Assembly (NCBI GenBank): GCA_047495785.1
Contig: JBLDXI010000055.1
Span: forward strand, 620,001 to 684,000
Length of the DNA stretch: 64,000 nucleotides
Reading direction: 5' to 3'
Origin: Lepidodermella squamata
Taxonomy: Eukaryota > Animalia > Gastrotricha
Below the pieces are notes generated by a model, which worked only from the letters and a program-made list of their open reading frames with translations, did no database searches and was not told the DNA's origin. Made by a program: the position numbers and the translations under genes. This document shows, piece after piece, positions 20,901 to 32,218 of the stretch (position 1 is the stretch's first letter; every line of letters begins with the position of its first letter).

Positions 20901-21661
20901 GATTTGTCCAATTTTCTAGCTCTCGCAAATTCGGGCAATTTCACGCTGGCAAATGTTCAACAGCAAGCTAATGCCGCTAATATTCTACAACTGGGTCGCC
21001 TTCCGCTTCGAATGCCAAGCACTTCTCCGTTCAGTCTCATCCAGTCGGCTGGCGTGACCGCCAGTTCACCGACGATTGATCTGTCGAGTTTTCTCAACGC
21101 GCAACAAGCCGCTGCGCTACAGCAACAACTGCTGATTCCGACTCAGCAGCAAGAGCAGGTCCGTTGCTGGACACAAATACGTTCGTTATTTCTCTACTAA
21201 TAAGACTTGTAATTTTCATAGGCTCATCAATTGACGATAGCTGCTGCTGATTTGCCGCAAATCTCAAATGCGCTCATTCAGGCGGCTCAGCAACAGCAGC
21301 ACCAGCATGCTCAGCTGCAAAATTTGATGGCCCAACAGCAGCAACAACAGGGGCTGCTGGCCCTGGCTCATCAGCAACAGGTTGTGGCTGCGGGCCAAAC
21401 TATGGAAGATCTTCACGCTGCATCTCAGCAATCAGCCGCAGGTTTGTAGACCCGAATATTTTGTTCTGACTAACTCGAAAATTATCGAGGAGCGAACTAT
21501 TTCTAACTTTTGATTAACGGTGTTTGGGACATTTCTTCATGTGTGCCGTGTTGTTTTGTGGTGCAGGGCCCGTCAGAGTGAGTCTGAAATCGGCAATGCT
21601 CGGTGTTGGTGGCGGCGGCGTTGCTGGTTCTGCGCGGCCTCATCCTTACGCGCGGTCGTAA
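17991..21661 (+). CDS. STAR/Quaking-family KH RNA-binding protein (QKI/HOW/ASD-2/GLD-1-like) with three alternative QUA2 exons
   Basis: QUA1 [25 protein letters not shown]; [38 protein letters not shown]; canonical QUA2 [23 protein letters not shown] (20606-20801); Q-rich tail; C-terminal [13 protein letters not shown]. The start exon (17991 vs the ATG near 18269) is uncertain. Confidence 0.92.
19393..19433 (+). promoter_or_regulatory. Putative intronic docking site for mutually exclusive QUA2 exon selection
   Basis: tgtttgtgt (19400-19408) and gtgtatgt (19419-19426) are complementary to sequences upstream of each of the three QUA2 exons. Confidence 0.55.
19580..19865 (+). CDS. Alternative QUA2 exon A of the STAR gene
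   Basis: catag|GAG acceptor; [24 protein letters not shown] aligns to QUA2; ends T|gtacgt in phase 1 (286 nt). Confidence 0.75.
20073..20391 (+). CDS. Alternative QUA2 exon B of the STAR gene (most diverged; may instead be a terminal exon ending at TAA 20396)
   Basis: tttcag|GCT acceptor; [22 protein letters not shown] aligns to QUA2; G|gttaaa phase-1 donor (319 nt). Confidence 0.62.
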
Positions 21662-24540
21662 CGGTGAAATACGTCTCGACTTGTGATGTATTTTTTCAAA
21701 AAGCCATAGATTTTAACGGTTTGTTTGACGAATTTCAACTTTCAATTTTTCTATTAATAATAATAATGCGCAATAACTTTCTTGAAATCAATTTCCCGAT
21801 TAGTCTTTCTGAAAACATTTTTAACAAGAAAATATCACTCGTTTTTTTCTTAACAATAACCAACAAAAACACGGCGATAAAAGTTACATTTCGAATGCTC
21901 ATCAATTTCGGTGCATGGCGGCTTAAGCAGGGGGAGGCAAAATTTACATTGAAAATCAATAGATCATTTGTTGAAGGCACCCCTCACTTTAGTCGAACCC
22001 CGGTAGAGCCTATTTAACTGCGCAGATTGAGTTGACTTATAATAATAACTTATAATTTATAATTGTCTTGCATTTTTATTACTAATTAGTATAACAACCA
22101 CAGTAACAACCAGCACAACGAAGGATGATGATGTCCAACTACTATACTATCAACCAACATGCTACTACTGACTGTTAAAATCCGTAAAACTTCACGTTGC
22201 ACTCGTTGCCGCTGCTCTATCATGATGTGACTTGTATCTATACCTTGAGGCTGTTAAATAATCCAATCTAAACACGTCAGCGCGACCTATCCAGTGTTTC
22301 ACGCCGCAACTTACGCTGATTTGTTTGTTTGGTTGCCGCTGTTGCTGCTGCTGATTATGATGATGCTGCTGCTGAATTTGTTGCTGGCTAAAATTTACGT
22401 TTAACGCTGTATTTAATATTGTCCAAACATCAAAACCTCTGGTAGTTCCAAACTTTACTTCCAATGTCAACATCAACTTCTATCCTCCTGTACTTACTGA
22501 ATGCACTTCCATTTTAATATGCTAGGCAAACAACTTTTGAGAACAAAATTTTTGACAATTTCTTCGCTAATAATGTGCCATTGTTGATTAGCGAAATAGA
22601 GATTACCTACTGCTATCTATACTATATATTTAATTCTGATAAATCAACGAAAATTTAACACGGAGCAAAATAATCAACGAATTGTAACCAAACTAATTTC
22701 CGATAGATGGATATAACACAAACAAATGTTCTTCCTTTTCTAGCCGTACTTTGGCGTGCGTTCCTTTTAGAACCAACGGATATTTTTTTTCGCTAAATTT
22801 AACAACGCGCCAATTTTTCAAATTTTCACGAATCTTCCAATTTACATTTGATTTGTAAAAGAACCTGCTGATGCTGAAGATTTTATATTAGTAATTTAGA
22901 TTGCTTTTGGCTTCTTTCGCAAACTCTGCTCTTCCATTCTCATCGAACGTTATTTACAGGCATCGATGGAGAACAAAAAAATATTATAATAATTTTTCTT
23001 CGGGGAAAAACTGCTGGTTGCATTTGAGAAATTGTACAGAAATATTATATACTTGAATATATATCTATATTATTGATGAAAAATGTTTGTGTGCCATCAA
23101 ATTTATTATTACTTGATGCCTTGATCCTAAAAGAGGAAAAATATTAGCCAATATATACACTTTCTTCAGAGAACTGCTGATATGAAGAATTAGGCTGAGA
23201 AATCTTTATTCTTGCAATACGCGACTTCTTCAAGTATAATTATATGTGTACATATATTCGAAGTGTGTCAAAAATTGTTATGATTTTTGGGTTTTTGTTT
23301 CTTTCTGCGTCTGCATCGCACGGGTAAAAATATTTGTTGTATAATCGCGTCACGCGCGACTAGATTTTTTTATTTTGGTTTCTATCAAAAACGAGAGGTA
23401 AAAATCAACACGAATTTTCTTGTGTAAATCGGTAAGCTATTCTTATAAATCACTACTACTCATCTGGTGCGGTATTCTTCTCCCACGTTCTTTTCTGCCA
23501 GCTCTATTTCAGATGATTCGACCTCATCTCTCGAGTGAAATCTGAGAAAATATTACATACATACCTTGGCGAATTTTGAGAGGCTTGTTTCTTAGTTCAA
23601 TTTTTACGATCCTCGCTGCTATCCTCCTGTGCGATGGACCATTTTACAAGGAGCAGGAACGCATCTGCACCGCTGATTTTGGTGCGAAAATGCCCAAGTA
23701 TGATAGCGTTTCGTGTTGTTTTAAGACCAAGCGCAGCGCGATGATTTGTAATCACTAGCGCGGGCCCAATTTTTGCTGTTAGCGCCGACTTTCCACGTGG
23801 TAAACGCGCGATCTTTCGCTCTTTTCTGTTATTATTTTCAGCGCTACTATAAATATATCGTTTTTAGTATACTCGGTTTGTTACACCGAATGCGAATCTC
23901 GTTCTTGCATCTCGCCGGGCTGCTTTAGACATAATATTTTTCAGTAGTTTACGCGTCGGCCCTGGTACATCGAAACTTGTAGTTGCAGTAGTAAAATAAT
24001 AACCGCAGTCGTCGTGATGATGGTATTTTGTGCCGAGAAAACGAGAAAGGAAATAACAAGGCTCGTTAGCCTTACATACGCGCGCTACGTGTACGATACG
24101 TGGAGAAAATTATAGAGTAAAGCAAACAAAAGAGATATTATGCTATGTATATATTCATCGCCCTCATCATCGATCATGTGCTTCAGAAGACAACAGGAAT
24201 GAATGATCTGAACATCCCTTCTCACTGCATTTCCTACATCTGCTCGCTCTCTCATCAACGTAATTATAAAGATAAACATACAAAAATTACCGCAACTTTG
24301 CTATTATCCTTATTTACTACCTTCTATGTATACAATGCTAGTGTTAAAAATGTAAGAAAGAATAAATAATATCGCAAGTATTTCTCTTTTTTTTCTCTCT
24401 CTCTCGTTCTTCTTCATCCTATCTCTCTTTATCTATCTGGCGGGACTTGTTTTCTGCGTTTTCATCACAGTTGATGATGACAGTGTGACGTCTATGATTA
24501 TGATTAAATGCATTTTAAATTGAAAAAAGAATAAAAGGCG
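21662..24540 (+). other. Probable long 3' UTR of the STAR gene
   Basis: About 2.9 kb of AT-rich sequence with no credible ORF; AATAAA at ~24361 and ~24529. Confidence 0.45.
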
Positions 24541-25469
24541 AGCCTGTATGGTTGAAAAGATCACGCCTTTTTTTTACGTGCAGCAGGTATCAATGGCCGT
24601 TGCTTTGGTTACCGTGTTTTTATATCCTCGGATTACGTCTACCAGGAGTGTGTTTACTATTATTGTTTTTGTTTTCGAGGTATATATATGGGCCTATTAA
24701 CAGTCTCCTACCCGATAATATCGTATCGAAGGGCGTATGGTGTTTATTTTCAAAGCATGTCTTTCTGCGTACTCCGCCACTCCGCAGAACAGGAGCCGAA
24801 AAAAACACTTCACCTGCAAGTAAACAACTGCTGGTATAAACGCGGGCATAATATTCACCACGGCCGCATGTCAATGAAATATAGGGAACAGCGGTTTGTT
24901 TTTGCGAGGCCTTTGTTTCATAGCCCCGTGTTATCACTAGGCTTACATCATTGAGTGTAGGCAGGTATTATTAGTTGGCATTGAACCTGTATACAATAAT
25001 AAAATGCTTGAGGCATCAATTTTTGTATATTATTGTATAAAACGTCGTCGCCAGTGTACCTGCGAGTATACGCTGCTGAAAGCAGAATTTATTCACAGTG
25101 CGTATCATTGCTGTGTTGATGGCCACAACAGCGTACCTACCTTCTCTCGTGCGCTGGTAATTACGCTTATATCAAAGAGGTATTAATATTATTTGTATTA
25201 AAAATGGGCTGAAGCATATTATATTTTGATGGTGATTATGATGTAATGCGATCATCGAGCCGTAAGCGTCAGTTTCTTTTCACACCTCATTGCCATTTCG
25301 CTTTCAGCAGAATCATGAAATAATGAAGAAAACCGACAAAAACCACCTTAAGATAAACAGAAAATAATTTGCTCATTTTCCATGAATTACACTCCACACT
25401 GCGGCCAAAAATGAATTGAAAAAATTAGGTTTCGTTTTATTATAACAAAAAAATATAATCGGAAGTACC

Positions 25470-26713
25470 TCATGATTGATTTTTAAAACCAGCACTCAGT
25501 AATATGCGTTTGATGTCATCGTTTTGAGTGACTTCGAAAGCTGTTTGACCATCGACAGTTCGAGCGTTCACATTAGCCCCGCACTGAATCAGCAGTTCTA
25601 CGGCGCTAAGCTGGCTGTGGTTTGCGGCGGCAATTAACGCGGTTTGGCCAGCCAAATTAGGCGCCTCCAAATCCGCGCCGGCGTCGATAATCATCTTAGC
25701 TACCAGACAATCGCCGTTCATCGCAGCCCAGATTAGAGCAGTCATTTTGGTCGCAAACGTGCAGACGTTAACATTGGCTGATCGCGATAGCAGCTGCGAG
25801 ATGATATCAGCATTGGCGTGGTTAAAAACTGACCACAGCAGCGGCGTATACCCATTTGCCAGGTCTTGTACATTCACCTCGGCGTTATGGTAGAGCAATA
25901 ACTCCACAGTTTTCCACTGCTTCTCCTGACAAGCTCTAAGCAGAGCGGTTTGGTGATAGAAATCAGAAGCATTCACCTCCGCGGCGTACTTTATTAGCAA
26001 TTTAACGGTGTCCAAATTAGGCTGACCTGCAGCTTGTATTAAGGCGGTCGTTCCGCTTAGGTGAACAGCATTCACGTCCGCGCGGTAAGTTTCAACCAAA
26101 ACTTTGACAATATCAAAATAGCAACCTCTGGCCGCCGTCATCAGAGCGGTTTGACCGTATTTATCGCGTGAATTAACCGGAATTCCAAGGTCATCTAAGC
26201 AAAATCTGATGGCTGATAAATTTCCGCTACTTGCTGCGTAGTGTAGACAATTTTTGCCACCCTTGTCCCGAGCCATAACAGCAGCGCCGTTCTCAACCAA
26301 CAACCTCATCACATCTGTCAAACCGTTCATGGCTGCGTATGCCAAAGCAGTCATTCCTTCATCATTGGCAGCATTTACGTCGGCATCGTTTGAAATCAAC
26401 AAGTTGATCATTTCAATGTTACCATGACAGCATGTGTGCATCAAGGCGGTTGTGTTCGCACGGTTTTTCGCTAAATTAGGATCGATTCGTTTGTCAAGTA
26501 TCAGCCAATTCACCTTCTCAAAGTCGTTATTCACAGCCGCCAAGAGAAGCTCAGTAGTTTCGCCGTCCTCCTTATTGATAAAGAAAAATCATGCGATATA
26601 ATTCATATTTTTATTCTTCAAACTTTGAATCTTTTAGCATGGATCTCAGGTTCCCGCAGCTGTTCGCCGGATTCATTGCCTGGCGATTCTGATCTGGGAG
26701 AGCCGACTGACAT
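25470..26713 (-). CDS. Ankyrin-repeat protein 1 (~10 repeats; short leader exon + one large exon)
   Basis: Repeated TAL..AA..G....V..L...GADVNA units; leader MSVGSPRSESPGNESGEQLREPEIHAKRFK|GT spliced in phase 0 to EDGETTELLLAAVNN. Confidence 0.9.
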
Positions 26714-28248
26714 GATACTGCTTGATGATTCTCGCGCTCTCTTCCCACCGCTGCTGGCCATTGCTCGATCCTTGCCAACAAACGTTTCTCAAGGGCTAAA
26801 TTAGCTTATTAAGGGAATAATTGTGGTATCTTTACTCTCGTTATAACCTTCGAGAGGCAGATAAGGTATTAGCTTCAGCCACACGATCCAGCATATCTTT
26901 ACTGCATTGCCTTGTACTATTTGATAAGGAGGTTACGAGGGTGTAGCGGTGAGCCATTTCTAAATGACGGTGTGACTCGCGGCATGTGCGAGCGGCGACC
27001 ACATTTGCCGTTGAAAATCTGTAACTGTAAAAATAAGACTGAAATCTATGAGACTGAAAAATTGAAGAGTAAATATCGACCTGAAACGCTCTGAAATATC
27101 TGAACCTCTGAAAGGTGTAGTTAAAGAGGTAGGGATATATAATTAAAAGGACTTGAAGGAAAAGTGAAAAGTCCCAGGGTGAAATCTGATGCAAACAATT
27201 ATGAGTAGGTACGTATCCAAGAAAACAAATAAAATCACTGAACTCGCCAACAACTAGGGAGCTAGTATTTGATCATTCAATTCAATTTCGAATAGCTAGG
27301 CTTGCGCTTCGAACCGAGCCAGCTCGAAGGATTTTCGCAACCTTTGCAACAGGTGTTTCGTTGGTCCTCCGCTTAAGAGCCAGAGCCAAGCGGTGACCAA
27401 AAAGTCCATCTTGGCAAAAATGTACAAAATTAGCCATTGCGTAAAAGATCTTTGATCGTCAAAAAATGACCCTTGATGGTTTGAGGTTTTAAGATGGGCT
27501 CTGAAAATATTTTGAGAATGTTTTTGGGAAACTTGTGCAGTTTGACGTTAACAAGCTTGTTTGGAATTTGCTTCGATTTTATGAGTTTGACGTTAATAAC
27601 TTGATGAATTTTGTTTCAAGGGAATTCGAATCTTTCTGAACCTTTTCTCAGTTCTCAGCTCTTGTGTTCGGTTTTCATGGCAAATTTGTTGAACGCAATA
27701 TCGATAAAAAACCATATGGCTAGCGCTCGATCGGATTCGGCTAGAGACGTCGGCGAAAAGCGTAGGTATACTGTAGAAAGTTTACGTTAACGAAGGAAAA
27801 TCCCATCTTCCCATATAATTTCGTTGGGACCGGCCAAATTTGTTTACTAGGCGAAAATTGCACAACATCAAATCTATGATGAGGGCTGACTGTAGTTTCA
27901 TTTAGCAGGCAATTCGCCGTTGAATGTTGAGAACAAGGTCTCCAATGATATCTCCACGAGATAAGTAACGAGACTAAGTTCAAAAACCACTTCGATTCTA
28001 CGACAAATAACTCATGCATGCATTATAACTCTCCGCGTTCTTCGAATTTCTTGTGGTTGTAGGTTGCAGTGGCACCAAAGGATTTGGCATCGAATTATCT
28101 TCATGCAAAAACAAGTGTCCCTAATGATACTGTTTTTTTATTATTATCACAAATTTATCTATCCATTTATTACAACATTCAACTCTATAAACAGCCGTGA
28201 AACGGAATGTGTGCTAGATTTTATCAGACGGATGCTAAAGTCCGAAGT

Positions 28249-29534
28249 CTAAATACTTTTTTTGCCAACTGGTTGTTTGAGAGCGGCAAGAATGACACCT
28301 CTGATAGAGTCGTCAGTAGCCAAGTCGAGAGCTGTTTTGCCGTTTTCGTCAACAGCGTTCACGTTGGCACCGCTATTGATAAGAAGCTTAGCAACCAAAG
28401 TCCTGCCAGAGGATACAGCGGCTAATAAGGGTGTACGCTTGCTGCCGTGAACGTTGTCGTGAATTTCTAGATCGGCACCCTTCTCGATAAGCAATTCGAC
28501 AGTTTCCAGGCAGCCGTTTTCAGCTGCCCACGCCAAGGCAGTATAACCCGCATCTGTTTTATCGTTGACATTCGCACCTTTTTGAATGAGAACACGAACC
28601 AAGTCTTCCTGACCGTTCAGGGCGGCTTCTAACAGCGGCGTGAAGCCGGCCAGAGTTTCTTTCGCATTGACATCAGCACCATGTTCTATGAGGTATTTAG
28701 CTGTTTTCCAACACTTCCTCTCCAACGCGTGAATTAGCGGTGTTCGCTTGTACTGAAGAGTCGGCGTATTGAGGTTCGCACCGTGTTCTTTCAACAGTTT
28801 AACTGTGTTTGGATTTTTTAAAGCCGCAGCAAAAAATAACGGGGTATAACCGGCTCGGTCGGCGAGGTTTACATCAGCACCATAGGTTTCGACGAGAAGT
28901 TTTGTAACCTCGTAGTGATCGAATAAAATTGAGCCAATAAGGGCCGTGCCGCCGTACTTATTCACGTCCTTATTCACGTCAATTTTGTGCTCGGATACCA
29001 AATACTGGACGATGTCGCGTTTGCCGCTTCTCGCCGCCCAATGCAAAGCGTCGAAGCCGCTGGTGTCTCGCGCGGCGACATCGGCGCCATGAGATACCAA
29101 TAAGCGAAATGTGTCAAGCTGGCCATGCACCATCGAAGCGTATATCAATGCGGTTCTACCATCCTTATTCACCGCGTTCACTTCAGCGCCGTGCTCGAGA
29201 AGAGATTTGACTAAAGGAAAGCTACCGGCAAAACCCGCCTCCATCAAAGCAGTGGTTCCATAGTCGTTTTTAGCTTGATTTGGATCGACGCCCATGTTGA
29301 GAAGATTGAAAGACATCTTGATTTCGCCCTGTCTCGCAGCGTGATAAAGCTGAAGAGCTGCTTTTTGATCATAATCCGGCTGCATGTTAACAAATAAAAA
29401 CAATGCTTTTGAACTACAATAATGCTCACCTTGCTCTGTTTTTTATTTGTCTCCCCAGAGGCTTGTTGAGCTGCAGGCACCAATGATTCAGCTGCAACGT
29501 AACCATTACTGAGTTTTTCGCTATTTCTCTTCAT
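28249..29534 (-). CDS. Ankyrin-repeat protein 2 (~10-11 repeats; short leader exon + one large exon)
   Basis: Ankyrin consensus throughout; leader MKRNSEKLSNG..NKKQSK|gtgag spliced to cag|PDYDQKAALQLY; paralog of 25470-26713. Confidence 0.92.
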
Positions 29535-29901
29535 CGCTGCCTGATCTGTCCAGTAGCAGAAAAATCACGAGGTGGTCTCTTTAAATTGCCCTAGCTGTGA
29601 ACAAGGTGATAACGAAGTCAATTATTATTTTATAGCCGAATGGCCGCCACTAACGTAGTCGTCATTTACAACTAAGCTGATTATTGATAAGATATTGCAC
29701 CACACTTGAGTGCAAATATTATACGTAAGGTTTTTCTATTCTGTTGTTTCATTTTCACTTGCAGACTACCGACTTTTTATCTCTTGTCATAAATCCACGC
29801 CATTCTGTAGCTATCACCGCATGTGTTGGGCCTATTTTTCTAGTACCCAAAAATGCTACCATTTTACCCATTTTTTTGTTTAGTACTCACTATATTTATC
29901 A

Positions 29902-30921
29902 ATGGGCTGTGTTTCGTCCAAGACAAAAGATGGTCAAGTTCAAGAAAATCCCGAAAAACCCGGACATTTAGTAGAAATAGAAACGGATTGTGGAGATCTC
30001 GGGGATGAGGTTCAAAAAGTGGTTTTCCCTCACGCATGTCCTCTGCAAAACGTCGATCCCAATGTATTGCGGCTAACAAAACCCCGGCATGGTTTGACAG
30101 AGCTTCACACAAAATATTCAATGGCTGACTGTGGACCGTTGAATGAATTGGTGGCTAAACACTTCAAGGGCAATGTGTACTTTGATTCTGAGGTAAACGA
30201 TGTATTTATGGTTTTATCTCGAATTTGGGAAGACACAGCTCGAGACGGTGGTGGCGTTTACTTCATTGTCGGAGATCAACAAGCAGCTCTACGAGCATTC
30301 GCTCAGTCGGCCTTTGATGGGACCTGGATCGCCGAACGACAAAAATCGGCCATGATAATACCGATAGGGGTTACTCTATACGAGGGAAAGTTATCTGAGA
30401 AAACTTTTGGCTCCCAGTATGATTTGTCACCATCCGCCGTGCCGCCTGAATCTGATTTAGTATTCCTGCCACGCGAAGTTGTCGCAATCGCAACCGATTT
30501 CACGGAAACAGTCATCGAGGAACTTAAAAAGGCTCTTGAAGTGGCTGCTGTGGAAGATATTGAATCTATTGAGAACGAAACACTAGAATCGAAAACCAAA
30601 CTTCTAGTGGTACAAATTCTCAAGATATACGATGACTCAGCATTTGAGGCTGCCGAAAGAATATTTACGAGACAGTGGCAGACTAGAATTGGACAGCGAG
30701 TTGAGCTAAAATTTCCGAAGCATCATATCACGGAGCGAAAAATGAACTACTCGAATGTTAGTCAGCTACCTGAAAGGATAAGAGCCCAACTGGAATGTTC
30801 AGATGTCAGTTGGAAGAAAAATTATATCGCTACAATTCGAACGAGAAGATTCATCATGAGATACCACATTTCCAAGAAGACTATTGTCCGAAGAGTATAT
30901 AAAACCAAAACTAAACGTTAG
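29902..30921 (+). CDS. Intronless 339 aa protein with N-terminal MGCVSSK myristoylation/palmitoylation motif; family not recognised
   Basis: Long clean ORF with globular composition; MGCxxSK matches the N-myristoylation consensus plus an adjacent Cys. Confidence 0.75.
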   Translation: MGCVSSKTKDGQVQENPEKPGHLVEIETDCGDLGDEVQKVVFPHACPLQNVDPNVLRLTKPRHGLTELHTKYSMADCGPLNELVAKHFKGNVYFDSEVNDVFMVLSRIWEDTARDGGGVYFIVGDQQAALRAFAQSAFDGTWIAERQKSAMIIPIGVTLYEGKLSEKTFGSQYDLSPSAVPPESDLVFLPREVVAIATDFTETVIEELKKALEVAAVEDIESIENETLESKTKLLVVQILKIYDDSAFEAAERIFTRQWQTRIGQRVELKFPKHHITERKMNYSNVSQLPERIRAQLECSDVSWKKNYIATIRTRRFIMRYHISKKTIVRRVYKTKTKR

Positions 30922-32195
30922 ATACGACTCCATGGTAGTGTTGAGGTCGGGAGAAAATGCTGGTATCTTTTGCCTAAAGCTTGGCCAATCGAACAAATAC
31001 TGCAAGCATCCGAAAATTCCCCGTGCGGCTTTTCGAAGTTTTTTATTCTTGCTTCACCGGAACATCTGTGATGGATGAATATGATGTGATAATAAAATGA
31101 GCCCATCACATGCAAATCAGCTCTTGTCTCTTGATTTAATGAAAAACTTGACCACCGATATTTTGCTCCATCATTATCGAGCTCTACACGTTTCGTTTAC
31201 TTATGCAATGTCTTGGCGTATTAGGGTACGAGAGACGATTGGCTCTTCATTTCATCAGTAATCAAACTCTTACATTGATTTGACTGGATAATTTTGCCGA
31301 AATTCCAGCATTTCGCCAGCGATAGTACTAAACGGTTTTTACACTATAATTGGCTTTTTCTCCATCATCGCTGATAGTATACCCATATTTTAACCCTGAT
31401 GAGTGAATGCAAGCAAAAGAAGTTCACGTAGAGACCAACACGATTGCTTTATTTAGATCAAATTCAAGTTTCCTTTAGCACAAGCATGAAGGCAAAATCT
31501 CACTGGGACGTCATATCACATATAATGGAGCACTCAAAATATTGGAAAAGACCTACGCAGAGAACAAAGAGAACTCATAATTATCAAAAAGACATATAAG
31601 AGGTGGAATGGAAAAAAACACGACAAGATATGAAGTTCATTTCAAAAACGCAGTAGTAAACTACAAATGTCGCAGACAGATAACCAATCGGCGTTTTGGC
31701 CCAAAAATCTGTATTTTTATCCAATTGACAACTATCTACCAAGATATTATTTCTGAAGGATGTTTTGAAGGATATTATCAACGGAAATGTGTTATTTAGT
31801 GCCACCCGAGAATAAGGAACATAAATAAGTATCTGAAACCTCGAAGCAACATCAAATTGACTTCATCAAATGAATTCCTTATGTCTTTTCCATATAATCT
31901 TATGTAGTCTTCCAAACCATACTGAGCCCTCGCCATTAATCCCATTAATTCCATATTCCATTCCTTGGAATGATCAATCAGCATAATTTTTCGTTGTCAG
32001 TAGACGCATTTCTCTTACTTGCTACTTGCTTCTGAAGATATGGGTGCCTACGACGAAGTGTCAAGTAAAACTGATGAAAATGCGAATACAATAAAGCAGA
32101 AATATATATTAGCATAGAGAAAATGACGAGGAAATGTCTAGCGACAAGAGAATATCTGGACAGCATCCTGAATCATTCGTTGGTCATTCGGAAGG

Positions 32196-32218
32196 TATTT
32201 ATTTATTTATTTATTTAT
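32196..32218. repeat. (TATT)n tetranucleotide tract
   Basis: tatttatttatttatttatttat read directly. Confidence 0.7.

Noticed and set aside
22192-22476. Minus-strand polyQ ORF
   Set aside because: Antisense reading of the CTG/TG-rich UTR patch; no splice or domain support.
27530-27620. Two copies of agtttgacgttaa about 45 nt apart
   Set aside because: Only a two-unit degenerate duplication with no evidence of function.
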